Of a DNA stretch of 64,000 nt, positions 26,784 to 35,214 are shown one piece after another (positions within the stretch are counted from its first letter, which is position 1; the number at the start of each line of letters is the position of its first letter). The stretch is from the IMG/VR virus record IMGVR_UViG_3300045988_092736, positions 43,380 through 107,379 of that record; one strand, written 5' to 3'. The position numbers and the translations under genes were made by a program. The stretch is from a virus. The notes under the pieces are model-generated. The model did not search any database, was not told the DNA's origin, and saw only the letters and a program-made list of their open reading frames with translations.

Positions 26784-27254
26784 ATGAAGAAGAAAGCCAA
26801 GCAAATAGCCAATGTGATGAGCAATGACTCTTTGGAGGTTGTTGCTCAGATGATTGTTGATGAGGCTAAAGGTGTGCGCTATGAAGTGTATGCTGATGGC
26901 TCTAGTAAGAACAACAAGTGTGGTTGCGGTTGGCTTGTGCTTCATAAGGGAGCGATTATCAATAGTGGGAAATATACATTTATCACAGCCAAAGTGAACG
27001 ATTCGGTGAGAGCCGAAATAAGGGCGGTCATTCAAGCATTGGGTGATTGCCCTCCTTTGTGTTCTGTTGATGTATATGTGGATTGCCAAGTGGCTATAGA
27101 GAGAATACAGGCTTGCAAGTTAGGAGACTTACAGCCTATATATAATAAGGTAGCGAAAGGCAAGGTGATAAGATACCATTGGGTTAAGGCTCATAGAGGT
27201 AATATGTATAACGAAATGGTGGATTCTTTGGCTTTTTCTGCTACAGAAAGTTAA
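26784..27254 (+). CDS. rnhA: ribonuclease H (RNase HI-like)
   Basis: 'VYADGSS' (D10), 'AEIRAVIQAL' (E48), 'VDVYVDCQ' (D70) and 'WVKAHRGNMYNEMVDSLA' (H124/D134) align with E. coli RNase HI catalytic residues. Confidence 0.75.
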   Translation: MKKKAKQIANVMSNDSLEVVAQMIVDEAKGVRYEVYADGSSKNNKCGCGWLVLHKGAIINSGKYTFITAKVNDSVRAEIRAVIQALGDCPPLCSVDVYVDCQVAIERIQACKLGDLQPIYNKVAKGKVIRYHWVKAHRGNMYNEMVDSLAFSATES

Positions 27255-27300
27255 TTTTGTGCCTACATATATAATAAGCGTTAAAATATAAAAGAAATAC

Positions 27301-27409
27301 ATTAAATAATTTGCATGTTTCAAATATTCTTTGTATCTTTGCATCGTAATTAAGAAACAAGGTTACTAATTTTAAAAGGTGAGACACACCGTAAAAACTG
27401 TGATTCGTT
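27301..27409 (+). promoter_or_regulatory. promoter-leader cassette, family A copy 1 (-7 TATCTTTG at 27334-27341, leader hairpin GGTGagacaCACC)
   Basis: About 95% identical to 48742-48852 over about 110 bp. Also related to 34060-34200. Confidence 0.55.
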
Positions 27410-27631
27410 ATGAATACTAGATTGAGTAAGAAAGAGACAATGGTTTATGGCAACATCGGAGTGATGGCTGACGTAATCGGAGGTAATAAGTACTTTACTT
27501 TTGCAGATTTGTATGATTTCGATTTGGATAATACCAAGGATGAGTTGAAAGAAATATTAAACTCTTTGACCGAGAAAGGTTACTTAAAGAGTTTTAATGA
27601 TTTCGATAAAACTTATCGAGTTTTGAAGTAA
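27410..27631 (+). CDS. hypothetical protein
   Basis: ORF directly downstream of the family A cassette. Confidence 0.4.
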   Translation: MNTRLSKKETMVYGNIGVMADVIGGNKYFTFADLYDFDLDNTKDELKEILNSLTEKGYLKSFNDFDKTYRVLK

Positions 27632-27638
27632 GAACACA

Positions 27639-27664
27639 AAGGGGATCCAAAATCCCCTTATAAT
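27639..27664 (+). terminator. hairpin terminator candidate
   Basis: 'aaGGGGATccaaaATCCCCttat'. Confidence 0.4.
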
Positions 27665-27796
27665 ATAAATTAAGAACGTGAGACACACGTAAAACTGTAT
27701 TGAAAAAATGAAAAAGGTATTCACGATTGAGAATGCATTAACGCTTTTGTTTGCTCTTGAAATAGTATCATTAATATTTTTTCTAGGATAGGGCTT

Positions 27797-28015
27797 ATGC
27801 AGATTAAGTTTGGTAAGATAAAGTTTACAGCGGCTAAGTCCGAAAAAGGATGCCGCTTTGATGCTTGCTACAAAGGTGAGCATGTGGCTTTTGAGAGTGA
27901 AGATATGTCTTTGTATGATGATGTATTTTCTGATAATAACAGAAGAGCAAAGGCTGCAAAGAGAGTGATTTACGAGAATATAAAGCATAAGTATTATGAA
28001 ACTCATAGAGATTAG
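27797..28015 (+). CDS. hypothetical protein
   Basis: Intact ORF. Confidence 0.35.
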   Translation: MQIKFGKIKFTAAKSEKGCRFDACYKGEHVAFESEDMSLYDDVFSDNNRRAKAAKRVIYENIKHKYYETHRD

Positions 28016-28430
28016 CGATTTCAAGGCTGCTGATGAATTTGTCGTTGAGGCAATGATGCATGATGGCAAATTCAAGGTAATAGGCAAGGTTATCACGGAT
28101 AATAATCTTCTGAATGATGATGATTTGGAAACCATCTGGGATTATGCCAACTGGGAGACGAACGGCTATGAAAAGATGGTTGTCTCTAATGGAGTGTACA
28201 AAGGCTTGAAAGCATTCAGCGATGGGCGTTTGTTCTATGTTATCACAGATGATGAGGCTGGAGTGGTAAACGACAATATCATGGTACGTAAGCATTACGA
28301 TGTCAACAATGGCTATTATATTAAGTCTTCAAGGTTGCACAAGGAGCTATCCAAGGATTTGTGGTGCTTCGGTAGCCGTGAGACTATTGAGAACGAATAT
28401 AAGTCTAACCCATTTATTTGTGGTAAGTGA
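27996..28430 (+). CDS. hypothetical protein
   Basis: Intact ORF. Confidence 0.4.
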   Translation: MKLIEISDFKAADEFVVEAMMHDGKFKVIGKVITDNNLLNDDDLETIWDYANWETNGYEKMVVSNGVYKGLKAFSDGRLFYVITDDEAGVVNDNIMVRKHYDVNNGYYIKSSRLHKELSKDLWCFGSRETIENEYKSNPFICGK

Positions 28431-28684
28431 TGGCAAAAAAGATTAATCATGTTAAGCCTTCATTTATTGAAGGCGGTGAAGTCTGGCATGATATTGATAA
28501 GTTCCCGATGCTAGACCATACAATTCTAGTAGAGTTGCAGGTAAAAGGCTCAGACGGATTGATTTACCGGACGCAAGATGTATGTGTTGAGCGTGCGGAT
28601 AGGTTCGTACCTACGATGTCTTTTGTTCCTAAGCGTTGGGCGTATGCAATAGACTTAGCTCAATGCAGGCAACTTGAAGGATAA
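28427..28684 (+). CDS. hypothetical protein
   Basis: Intact ORF. Confidence 0.35.
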   Translation: MMAKKINHVKPSFIEGGEVWHDIDKFPMLDHTILVELQVKGSDGLIYRTQDVCVERADRFVPTMSFVPKRWAYAIDLAQCRQLEG

Positions 28685-29063
28685 AAACAAAATACAAATT
28701 AAGAATAAGCATATGGAAGAATCAAGAGGTGTTTACACATTACCCGTCTTGTATAAAGAACAAAGTGGTAGAAATGAAGGTGTATGTGTCAGAAGTGAAC
28801 TTGGAGTAGTTGTTGCAATTGACAATGAAGATGAGTTTAAAGGTGTTTTTTCAAAGGATGGTGAGGTTGATGTATTCAAGCAGTTACTATCACAAGAAGT
28901 GTATCGTTTCAACACAGAACACCATGCATTCCCAACTGAACCTTTGATTTCTTACAAGATGGATGGCGGCATTATCTTTGATTTCGTTGAAGTAACAATC
29001 GGAAAGATGTATGGCGGTTATGTTTATATCGTGCATTACAACTTTGCAAGCACGGCATCATAA
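28674..29063 (+). CDS. hypothetical protein
   Basis: Intact ORF. Confidence 0.4.
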   Translation: MKDKNKIQIKNKHMEESRGVYTLPVLYKEQSGRNEGVCVRSELGVVVAIDNEDEFKGVFSKDGEVDVFKQLLSQEVYRFNTEHHAFPTEPLISYKMDGGIIFDFVEVTIGKMYGGYVYIVHYNFASTAS

Positions 29064-29237
29064 TAAACAAGTTTGATTATGACAGTAGTAAGAGAAAGAT
29101 TAAAAATTGCGGCTCAGATTGAGGTGCTGGAAGATATTGCTATTGATTATAGGGGAAAGACTATAGATAACATCATCCAACAGCTAGAAGCGAGGTTGAC
29201 TGCGTTGAAGTAAGTTCAAGTTTGAAGTTAAAAGTCT

Positions 29238-29594
29238 ATGAGTGGAGGACGTTTTGATTATGCTCAGTATAGGATTGCTGACATATATACAAAGATAGAA
29301 GATTATGTTGATGGTCATCCGTTGGATGAGGAAGACGAAAGATGCTTTCTCGAAGACCGATGGTTGGAGGAGGATGAAGACAAGTATGTTAGAAAGCATC
29401 ATCATACGATGCCTAACAGATATGGCTTATCTAAAGAGACTATCAAGGAATTCAAAAAGGGTATTGAACTTCTGAAGAAAGCTCAGGTTTATGCCCAAAG
29501 AATTGATTGGCTTCTTTCCGGTGATGATGGAGAAGATAATTTCCATCTACGTTTGAAAGAGGATTTGGCAAATTTAAAAAGTAAGAAAGGATAG
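29238..29594 (+). CDS. hypothetical protein
   Basis: Intact ORF. Confidence 0.4.
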   Translation: MSGGRFDYAQYRIADIYTKIEDYVDGHPLDEEDERCFLEDRWLEEDEDKYVRKHHHTMPNRYGLSKETIKEFKKGIELLKKAQVYAQRIDWLLSGDDGEDNFHLRLKEDLANLKSKKG

Positions 29595-29597
29595 ATT

Positions 29598-30095
29598 ATG
29601 AGTTGGAATTATCGCTTAGATACACCTATGATGCAATTAGCTGAAGAGGTGAACAAGAAATATGATACTGATGCAGGTAAGATGCTTCTTTGCACTTATC
29701 TCTTCATGGTATCAAGTGAAGAGATCAAGGACAAACAAGCTTTCTTTGATTGGGTAGAAGAGCTGAATAAGTCCTGTAAGTGCGATGCGGTAAGGGAGTA
29801 CGTGAAAATCAACGGCAAAGCCGATTGGCTGCATGGTGGATTCAGTAAGCCGATTTACCGACACTATAAGGGCAATTTCTATGTGTACCTTGGTGAGGTT
29901 ACTGATAGCGAGACTTCTGAAGCTAAGGTTGCGTATCAAGCAGTGTGCGGACAGCATGAAGTTTGGGTGCGACCAAAGGAAATGTTCTTTGGTAATGTTG
30001 AGGTAGATGGTAAGCCAGTTCCTCGATTTGAGAAGGTAGATTTAAAAGACTTAGAGAAACAAACCGAGAAGAGCAATGGACAGAAAAAAGATTAA
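29598..30095 (+). CDS. DUF1653-like protein
   Basis: 'YRHYKGNFYVYLGEVTDSETSEAKVAYQAVCGQHEVWVRPKEMF' fits the DUF1653 consensus (YRHYKGG.Y.V...E...VVY...G..WVRP.EMF). Confidence 0.6.
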   Translation: MSWNYRLDTPMMQLAEEVNKKYDTDAGKMLLCTYLFMVSSEEIKDKQAFFDWVEELNKSCKCDAVREYVKINGKADWLHGGFSKPIYRHYKGNFYVYLGEVTDSETSEAKVAYQAVCGQHEVWVRPKEMFFGNVEVDGKPVPRFEKVDLKDLEKQTEKSNGQKKD

Positions 30096-30402
30096 GAGCT
30101 TGTTAGGTCTAGCAATCTTGCGAGTGAATGAAGTCGTACCAGATTTCGAAGACTTGGATAAGGTTCTTCCTTTGCTAGAACAAGCATATGATGAAGCGGA
30201 TAAGTCTGATTGGATTTCTGTAAAGGAGCGTTTGCCGGAGTTTGAAGAAGAAGTTCTTGTTACTAATGAAGAGAATAAGGAAATTTGGTTTTGTCATCGA
30301 AGTAATAACCCGTCGGTAATAACCGCAGAGTATAAGTTTTGTAATTACATGTTGATGCCAGTAACGCATTGGCAAGATATTAAAAAGTTGGATAATGGCT
30401 AA
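30076..30402 (+). CDS. DUF551-like phage protein
   Basis: 'DWISVKERLPEFEEEVLV' matches the W.SV...LP signature. Paralog at 54554. Confidence 0.5.
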   Translation: MDRKKIKSLLGLAILRVNEVVPDFEDLDKVLPLLEQAYDEADKSDWISVKERLPEFEEEVLVTNEENKEIWFCHRSNNPSVITAEYKFCNYMLMPVTHWQDIKKLDNG

Positions 30403-30928
30403 TAAACAGACGATAAAACCAAAGGTAGTTCCCTTTGAAATAGCCAAGCTTCTGAAGGAGGTCGGCTATGATGAGAAGATAGCCGAATTTTGGGCTTACG
30501 CCAGCCCTTGGACAGCAAAGGGTGGTGTTCGTAAGGGTGGAAAATATAGTGAGCATTATGGCAGTTATATTGCTTACTCCAATTCCGAGTGGGAGAAATC
30601 CAATATTGAGTTTTCTGCTGCCTTAAAGTTGAATAGTAAGCATCCGGCAATATCCGCTCCATGCTATGATATGGTGTTAGATTGGCTTTTAGAGCATTTC
30701 GGTTACTATATTTGTGTTGCAAACATTTCGAAATGTAAGTTTTGTTGGCAAACTACATCATGGTGTGTAGAGGAAGGCTTGTGTCATACGGATGGTAAGG
30801 AATATTCCAGTAGATACGAAGCAATGGATGCCGCTTTCAAGAGTATCTTAAAGGCTCGCATTGAGAATAAAGATAACGAGGTAATCAAAAGACTTTCGGA
30901 GGAAATACAAGATGGAAAGACTTTATGA
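30395..30928 (+). CDS. hypothetical protein
   Basis: Intact ORF. Confidence 0.4.
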   Translation: MANKQTIKPKVVPFEIAKLLKEVGYDEKIAEFWAYASPWTAKGGVRKGGKYSEHYGSYIAYSNSEWEKSNIEFSAALKLNSKHPAISAPCYDMVLDWLLEHFGYYICVANISKCKFCWQTTSWCVEEGLCHTDGKEYSSRYEAMDAAFKSILKARIENKDNEVIKRLSEEIQDGKTL

Positions 30929-31247
30929 TACTTTTGTACACGCAATAATGATGAAGTTAGAAGCTCGTTTATGTTCTGAACTCGAATGTGTTTATAAGAA
31001 TATAACAAACAAAATTGTTGAGAAGAAAGGTAAACTCACCAACGAAGACGTAATTGAGTTTCAGAAAAAACTACAGGAGGTGTACGACACGGATGCTGAT
31101 ATTCGTGAACAGATTATTGGTATTAAAGATTTCAAGAATTGCATCTTAACTAAAGAAGCATGTGAAGAGCTAATAAAGCGACTTAGCGTGATTAATATAA
31201 AAGAAAATGAACAAGCAAAGAATGATAGAGTGGATAGCCACTTGTGA
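30912..31247 (+). CDS. hypothetical protein
   Basis: Intact ORF. Confidence 0.35.
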   Translation: MERLYDTFVHAIMMKLEARLCSELECVYKNITNKIVEKKGKLTNEDVIEFQKKLQEVYDTDADIREQIIGIKDFKNCILTKEACEELIKRLSVINIKENEQAKNDRVDSHL

Positions 31248-31590
31248 TACAGGTGTCTCTTCAATGACTATGTGGAGTGCATTGATGGGGGTAAAACGAA
31301 AGAAAGATTTGAATATTCCCAAAGACAATAGTGACTTCCGTAGATGTTATGACATGGTAGAATACGGACACGTAACCTTGGATGAGCTACAAGCTGTGAA
31401 GGAGCAGTATCCTTGGTTTGCTCCTGTTGTTGACAATTGGAAGGAGTTGTCTCTTTTGTTTGAAGAAGAGCTGGACAAACGCTTGTATATGCGTATTCGT
31501 CAGCTATGTGAAGAGTCAGATGCTATCCGGTATGAGAAAAAGGGAGAACTTTATTATGAGAGGAATTTTTGGTATAATATAACACAATAA
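31207..31590 (+). CDS. hypothetical protein
   Basis: Intact ORF. Confidence 0.4.
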   Translation: MNKQRMIEWIATCDTGVSSMTMWSALMGVKRKKDLNIPKDNSDFRRCYDMVEYGHVTLDELQAVKEQYPWFAPVVDNWKELSLLFEEELDKRLYMRIRQLCEESDAIRYEKKGELYYERNFWYNITQ

Positions 31591-31601
31591 TCAAATTAAG
31601 A

Positions 31602-32426
31602 ATGAAGAAAATTATCTTAATGTTTTGTTTTGCGATACTCGGCATGAGTGCGCTTACAAGTTGTCATTCGGTTTCTCCCGATGCAGACGAAGAAGCCGTA
31701 ATCGTAAAGAAGCCTTGGTTTATTGGGCATGGAGGTGTTGAACAGCAAGCAGTGCAGACTGGTCTCACTTGGTGTTGGTGGTCAACGAGTGGTTATTACT
31801 TCAAGATTGTTCCAGTCCGTCATGAGATTACCTTAGATGATTTGTTTAGTGACGATAACACGCCACTTGACTTCCATACTGTAATCATTACTCAGATTGA
31901 GCAAGGCAAGTCCCCAATTCTTTTGCAGAATTATGGAGAGAAATGGTTTGATACTAATCTCAACAATTATTTCTGCAATCTGGTTCGAGACCATATTTCT
32001 CAGCATTCCCCATTTGACTTGATGTCGAATCGGCAAGTGCTTAATCAGATTGACACCAAGATACGCAAGCAGATGCAGGACTATGTGAATGCTCTATCAA
32101 AGAAAAAGCAGATGCCTATCATCATAAAGGAGGTTATCATTGGTAAAGCTACACCAAACAAGGAACAGCTTAATGAAATGAACCGCACGGCAAAGGTCGT
32201 GCAAGCCAAGCAGACACAAGAACGTGAATATGAAGTGCAGATAGCAAGAGAAAAGGCTGAGCGACAAAAGGCAAAGGCAGATAAGGCATATATGGAAGAA
32301 ATGAACCTTTCCGCTGGTCAGTTTATCAACCTTAAGTGGATTGAAACAGTAGCAAATAAGCAAGGAGCTAATATTGATGTTATGGTTGGCCCTGCTGAAA
32401 GCATGTGGAATATAAGACGCAATTAA
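31602..32426 (+). CDS. lipoprotein with SPFH/band-7-like domain
   Basis: Signal peptide plus lipobox 'ALTSC'. C-terminal coiled Ala/Lys/Glu region and 'NIDVMVGP', as in SPFH proteins. Confidence 0.4.
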   Translation: MKKIILMFCFAILGMSALTSCHSVSPDADEEAVIVKKPWFIGHGGVEQQAVQTGLTWCWWSTSGYYFKIVPVRHEITLDDLFSDDNTPLDFHTVIITQIEQGKSPILLQNYGEKWFDTNLNNYFCNLVRDHISQHSPFDLMSNRQVLNQIDTKIRKQMQDYVNALSKKKQMPIIIKEVIIGKATPNKEQLNEMNRTAKVVQAKQTQEREYEVQIAREKAERQKAKADKAYMEEMNLSAGQFINLKWIETVANKQGANIDVMVGPAESMWNIRRN

Positions 32427-32452
32427 TTAATTTATAAATCAAGTAAACAGAA

Positions 32453-32806
32453 ATGAATAAAGACAAATTAAAGGTCAGTTTTGAGATTGATCGTTACAAG
32501 GTGATTGGTATGCTCTCACGAAATTGTGAGAATGCTGAAGAGTACAATGAGATTATGGGTATTCTTGAAGGCAAGAGTGAGTTTGTGCGTGACGCGAATG
32601 GTAGCGAGGAACTTGCAAGCCGCATTTGCAATTATGCTTTAGACTCTATCTTGGTTGAGAATCCAGATTTGGCTCTCCGTAAGCGTTTGGATAAGGAACA
32701 GAAAGGCGAGGATGCTCCTGATGTTTCAAATGTTATCGAAATCAAAGGTGATGACGCAAAGAAACTTGTAGATACCCTTTGTGGTATTCTCCGCAAGGAT
32801 AAGTGA
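32453..32806 (+). CDS. hypothetical protein
   Basis: Intact ORF. Confidence 0.4.
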   Translation: MNKDKLKVSFEIDRYKVIGMLSRNCENAEEYNEIMGILEGKSEFVRDANGSEELASRICNYALDSILVENPDLALRKRLDKEQKGEDAPDVSNVIEIKGDDAKKLVDTLCGILRKDK

Positions 32807-32835
32807 TGTAAAATTCATCAAAAGAATATAAATAA

Positions 32836-32885
32836 ACACTAAAACACTTGCAAGTATAAGAAAAAATGCTTATCTTTGCATCGTG
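32836..32885 (+). promoter_or_regulatory. promoter family B (tRNA operon promoter), -7 TATCTTTG at 32871-32878
   Basis: 'cactaaaacacTTGcaagt...TATCTTTGca'. Related copy at 41509-41558. Confidence 0.5.
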
Positions 32886-33024
32886 TTTGAAACAGATGGC
32901 CTTCTGAGAGGTCGCTTCTACCATAATAAGTCAAGACTTAGGAGTTTACGGCATGGTTTTTGAAATTACCCAGCTCAGCTAGACTATAACAAGGAAACTC
33001 TAATTAGGGTGAGAATCCCTAGAT

Positions 33025-33097
33025 GCTGCATTAGACAAGTGGTTAAGTCGCCAGCTTTTCACGCTGGTATTCAAAGGTTCGAATCCTTTATGCAGTA
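33025..33097 (+). tRNA. tRNA-Glu: tRNA-Glu (anticodon TTC)
   Basis: Cloverleaf: acceptor GCTGCAT/ATGCAGT, anticodon stem CCAGC/GCTGG, loop TTTTCAC, T-arm AAAGG-TTCGAAT-CCTTT. Confidence 0.7.
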
Positions 33098-33103
33098 CTA
33101 AAT

Positions 33104-33174
33104 TGCCCTATGGTGTAATGGCAACACTACAGGTTTTGGTTCTGTCATTAGTGGTTCGAATCCACTTGGGGCAA
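33104..33174 (+). tRNA. tRNA-Gln: tRNA-Gln (anticodon TTG)
   Basis: Acceptor TGCCCTA/TGGGGCA (one G-U), D-stem GTGT/ACAC, anticodon stem ACAGG/TCTGT, loop TTTTGGT, T-arm AGTGG-TTCGAAT-CCACT. Confidence 0.7.
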
Positions 33175-33204
33175 CGAGGAGGAATAGGAGTATGTTCCAC
33201 AAAT

Positions 33205-33289
33205 GGTGCGATATTCAAGCGGTTAAAGAAGATTGACTGTAAATCAATTCCCATAGCGGGTTCGGTGAGTTCGAATCTCCCTTGCACCA
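33205..33289 (+). tRNA. tRNA-Tyr: tRNA-Tyr (anticodon GTA) with long variable arm
   Basis: Acceptor GGTGCGA/TTGCACC, anticodon stem ATTGA/TCAAT, loop CTGTAAA, about 15-nt variable arm, T-loop TTCGAAT. Confidence 0.65.
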
Positions 33290-33311
33290 CAAGTACTTTT
33301 GTCATATTACA

Positions 33312-33385
33312 AGGAATGTAGCTCAGTAGTAGAGCACTTGGCTATGCAACCAAGGGGGCGTTGGTGCAAATCCAACCATTCCTTT
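33312..33385 (+). tRNA. tRNA-Cys: tRNA-Cys-like (GCA) with an apparent 8-nt anticodon loop
   Basis: Acceptor AGGAATG/CATTCCT, U8A9, D-stem GCTC/GAGC, anticodon stem CTTGG/CCAAG enclosing CTATGCAA, T-arm GTTGG-TGCAAAT-CCAAC, discriminator U as in tRNA-Cys. Confidence 0.5.
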
Positions 33386-33387
33386 AC

Positions 33388-33459
33388 GCTTTCGTAGCTC
33401 AGTGGCAGAGCATAGGATTTTTAATCCTAGGGTCGAAGGTTCGAATCCTTCCGTTGGCA
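33388..33459 (+). tRNA. tRNA-Lys: tRNA-Lys (anticodon TTT), two U-U mismatches in the acceptor stem
   Basis: D-arm GCTC-AGTGGCA-GAGC, anticodon stem TAGGA/TCCTA, loop TTTTTAA, T-arm GAAGG-TTCGAAT-CCTTC, acceptor GCTTTCG/CGTTGGC. Confidence 0.55.
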
Positions 33460-33641
33460 CAATGATACACAAGAAGAGAGCCGTGATGTTTGTCCTATTG
33501 GAATCTCGGACATCTGTCAACGGGTAAACGTAGGAAGCAGATGGGACGAATAAAGTTGCGAATAAGTCTATGAACTAGGGAGACAAGCGGAATGGTTCTC
33601 TTTTGTGTTTCGTTTGATGGTTTTACGAAAATTAGAAGAAT

Positions 33642-33911
33642 ATGAAAAGTCCACTAAGAATGGCAGTCGCTTTAGAGAAGAATAATAAAGTATATCCGAA
33701 AGATGTACGGAAGTTCTTGATGGGATTGTATGCCACGTTACATTTGACAGATAATGCAACAGCAAAAGATATGGAGAAGTTGGTTTATTATGCTTTTCGG
33801 AATGGCTATCTGCTAGGTGTTAAGTCTGAAGGTGGTGATGACCAAAAAGCGTATGACAGACTGCCGGATTTGGGAGTAGAAGAAGATATTGGTGATGATT
33901 TAAGAAGATAG
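33642..33911 (+). CDS. hypothetical protein
   Basis: Intact ORF downstream of the tRNA cluster. Confidence 0.4.
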   Translation: MKSPLRMAVALEKNNKVYPKDVRKFLMGLYATLHLTDNATAKDMEKLVYYAFRNGYLLGVKSEGGDDQKAYDRLPDLGVEEDIGDDLRR

Positions 33912-33945
33912 TTGATAAAATTGGTAATTAGTTAGTAAAGTTTTT

Positions 33946-33979
33946 AGGCTTTGGTGTGTGAACATCGAAGCCTTTTTTA
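33946..33979 (+). terminator. rho-independent terminator
   Basis: 'AGGCTTtggtgtgtgaacatcGAAGCCTTTTTT'. Confidence 0.65.
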
Positions 33980-34059
33980 TATATAATAAGGTATATAAAG
34001 AGGGTAATTGTTAATAACGTACATATATCAGTTACCGTAAGTTAAATAAACAAAGAAAA

Positions 34060-34200
34060 ACATTAAAATACTTGCATGTTTCAAAAGTTATTTGTATCTT
34101 TGCATCGTCAATCAAGATAAGTTGGTTGATTTGCCGAGTGACAAGTTTCACTCAATAAGGTGAGAGCGACACCAAGGGGTAAGACCCGAAACAACTAGCA
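34060..34200 (+). promoter_or_regulatory. promoter-leader cassette family A copy 3 (-7 at 34095-34102) with leader hairpins before the amidoligase gene
   Basis: 'acattaaaatacTTGcatgtttcaaaagttattTGTATCTTTGCATCGT', then hairpins GAGTGAcaagttTCACTC and GGTGagagcgaCACC. Confidence 0.5.
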
Positions 34201-34203
34201 CAA

Positions 34204-35139
34204 TTGATTATGTCTAAGCAGACTGGTTTTTCATTCGCAAGTTCAAAGAAGTCATTAATTGAGACTATTGACGAAATCAAGAAGTCAAAGATGTCTCGCA
34301 ACGAAAAGATTGTTGCATTGAAGGCTTGCGGTCTTCGTGAGAAAGAAATCTCCGATATGTTGAAGGTTTGTGTGCCAAGCGGTTCAACTTCAACGAGATT
34401 CGTTTATACATTCGGTGTTGAGATTGAATGTGTTCATGCCGAGCGCAATGCCTTGATAGAGGCAGGTCGTCAGAATGGTGTTGATATTCATTCTGAGGGT
34501 TATAACCACACCGATAACAAGAGCTATTTCAAGATTGTTAGTGATGCTTCAGTTGGTGGTGATGTTGACCCTAACGAGGTTGTAAGTCCGGTATTGAATG
34601 GCAATACAAATGGTATGGCAACTTTGAAGAAGGCTATCAAGTCTTTGGATGCTGTAGGTGCAAGAGTTAATTCTACTTGTGGTCTTCACGTTCATATCGG
34701 TGCAGCTAAGTTGACAGGTGAGCAGTATGTTAACGTTTTCAAGAATTATCAGAAGCTTGAAAGATTGATTGATAGTTTCATGGCTCCTTCAAGAAGAGGT
34801 AATTGCCGTTGGGCAGCCAGCTTGCTTGACAAGGATTTCTCTAATTGCCACGGCAATTACGATATTAGACGTAATGTATTTCATGGAGATAGATATTACA
34901 AGGTAAATGCTGAGAGCTATACACGTCACAAGACTATCGAGTTTCGCCAGCATCAAGGTTCAACCAATTATAAGAAGATTGAAATGTGGGTTAAGTTCTG
35001 CGCAAAGCTTGTCGGTTGGTCTCGAAACAATGTCTTCACTAGTGAGGTTATGAATATCGAAGATATACCTTTCTTGAATAAAGAAGAGAAGGCTTTCTTC
35101 CAGAGCCGTAAGGATGCATTTGCAGCCAATAATGATTAA
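34204..35139 (+). CDS. amidoligase-family enzyme (Amidoligase_2-like)
   Basis: 'FGVEIECVH', 'EVVSPVLNG' and 'TCGLHVHIGA' match the gamma-glutamyl-cysteine-synthetase-like amidoligase motifs of Iyer et al. 2009. Confidence 0.6.
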   Translation: MIMSKQTGFSFASSKKSLIETIDEIKKSKMSRNEKIVALKACGLREKEISDMLKVCVPSGSTSTRFVYTFGVEIECVHAERNALIEAGRQNGVDIHSEGYNHTDNKSYFKIVSDASVGGDVDPNEVVSPVLNGNTNGMATLKKAIKSLDAVGARVNSTCGLHVHIGAAKLTGEQYVNVFKNYQKLERLIDSFMAPSRRGNCRWAASLLDKDFSNCHGNYDIRRNVFHGDRYYKVNAESYTRHKTIEFRQHQGSTNYKKIEMWVKFCAKLVGWSRNNVFTSEVMNIEDIPFLNKEEKAFFQSRKDAFAANND

Positions 35140-35214
35140 TTAATGTAGTCCTAGGGTAAAAGCCCTAGGACACAAAAAACAAAGTATTACAAAGAAAAAA
35201 GAAAGGGTAAAGAT

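Noticed and set aside
25851-27254. ThyX as a 5-hydroxymethyl-dUMP-forming hypermodification enzyme
   Set aside because: The canonical ThyX RHR...S.RY signature, together with dUTPase and RNase H, is fully explained by ordinary dTMP supply. No direct link to the amidoligase module.
33103-33520. ORFs 33103..33321(+), 33108..33305(-), 33323..33520(-)
   Set aside because: They overlap the tRNA cluster. Translations reflect tRNA sequence, for example 'FEPSTLGLK', not genes.
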